Shown one piece after another: positions 63,964 through 64,000 of a DNA stretch of 64,000 bases; position 1 is the first letter of the stretch, and every line of letters begins with the position of its first letter. A program made the position numbers and the translations under genes. Where the stretch lies: positions 53,260,001 through 53,324,000 of the forward strand of contig NC_086097.1 of the NCBI RefSeq assembly GCF_963921235.1, read 5' to 3'. This stretch comes from Mobula hypostoma. Its lineage: Eukaryota. The notes beneath the pieces are model-generated. The model had not been told where the DNA came from, did no database searches, and saw only the letters and a list, made by a program, of their open reading frames with translations.

Positions 63964-64000
63964 TGCATGCAATTATGTATAGGCAAGTCAATATAAAGAC

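Noticed and set aside
21164..64000. First coding exon of FERMT2 (MALDGIRMPDG...)
   Set aside because: Not found by eye; probably lies beyond the right edge. A TBLASTN search would settle it.

Overview
This is eukaryotic (vertebrate) DNA, most likely from a cartilaginous fish (inferred from the repeat families and the protein similarity). The whole window appears to be intragenic. It carries two internal coding exons of kindlin-2 (FERMT2) on the minus strand (21163-20930 and 8301-8161). These sit in large introns packed with transposon remnants: Penelope-like elements (PLEs), CR1, Rex1/Babar, RTE, L1, Gypsy and a solo LTR, hAT (Charlie/Buster and Tip100-like), pogo/Tigger, Tc1 and a V-SINE. 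The most notable non-coding signal is a set of 10 minimal type I hammerhead ribozyme motifs (AGTC-CTGAYGA-AGGG-N6-CCY-GAAACGTC-GACT) carried by PLE 3' ends. They lack a stem III loop, so they should need to dimerise. Copies in the FERMT2 sense orientation are mostly disabled. Several PLE insertions show inverted ends, 13-16 bp target duplications and junction microhomology. Other points are multi-level nested insertions, an internally deleted L1, an ABAB 55-bp array and an old ~500-bp direct duplication. No prokaryotic system or CRISPR array is supported. All calls were made by eye, and repeat boundaries lacking TSD/TIR evidence are approximate.
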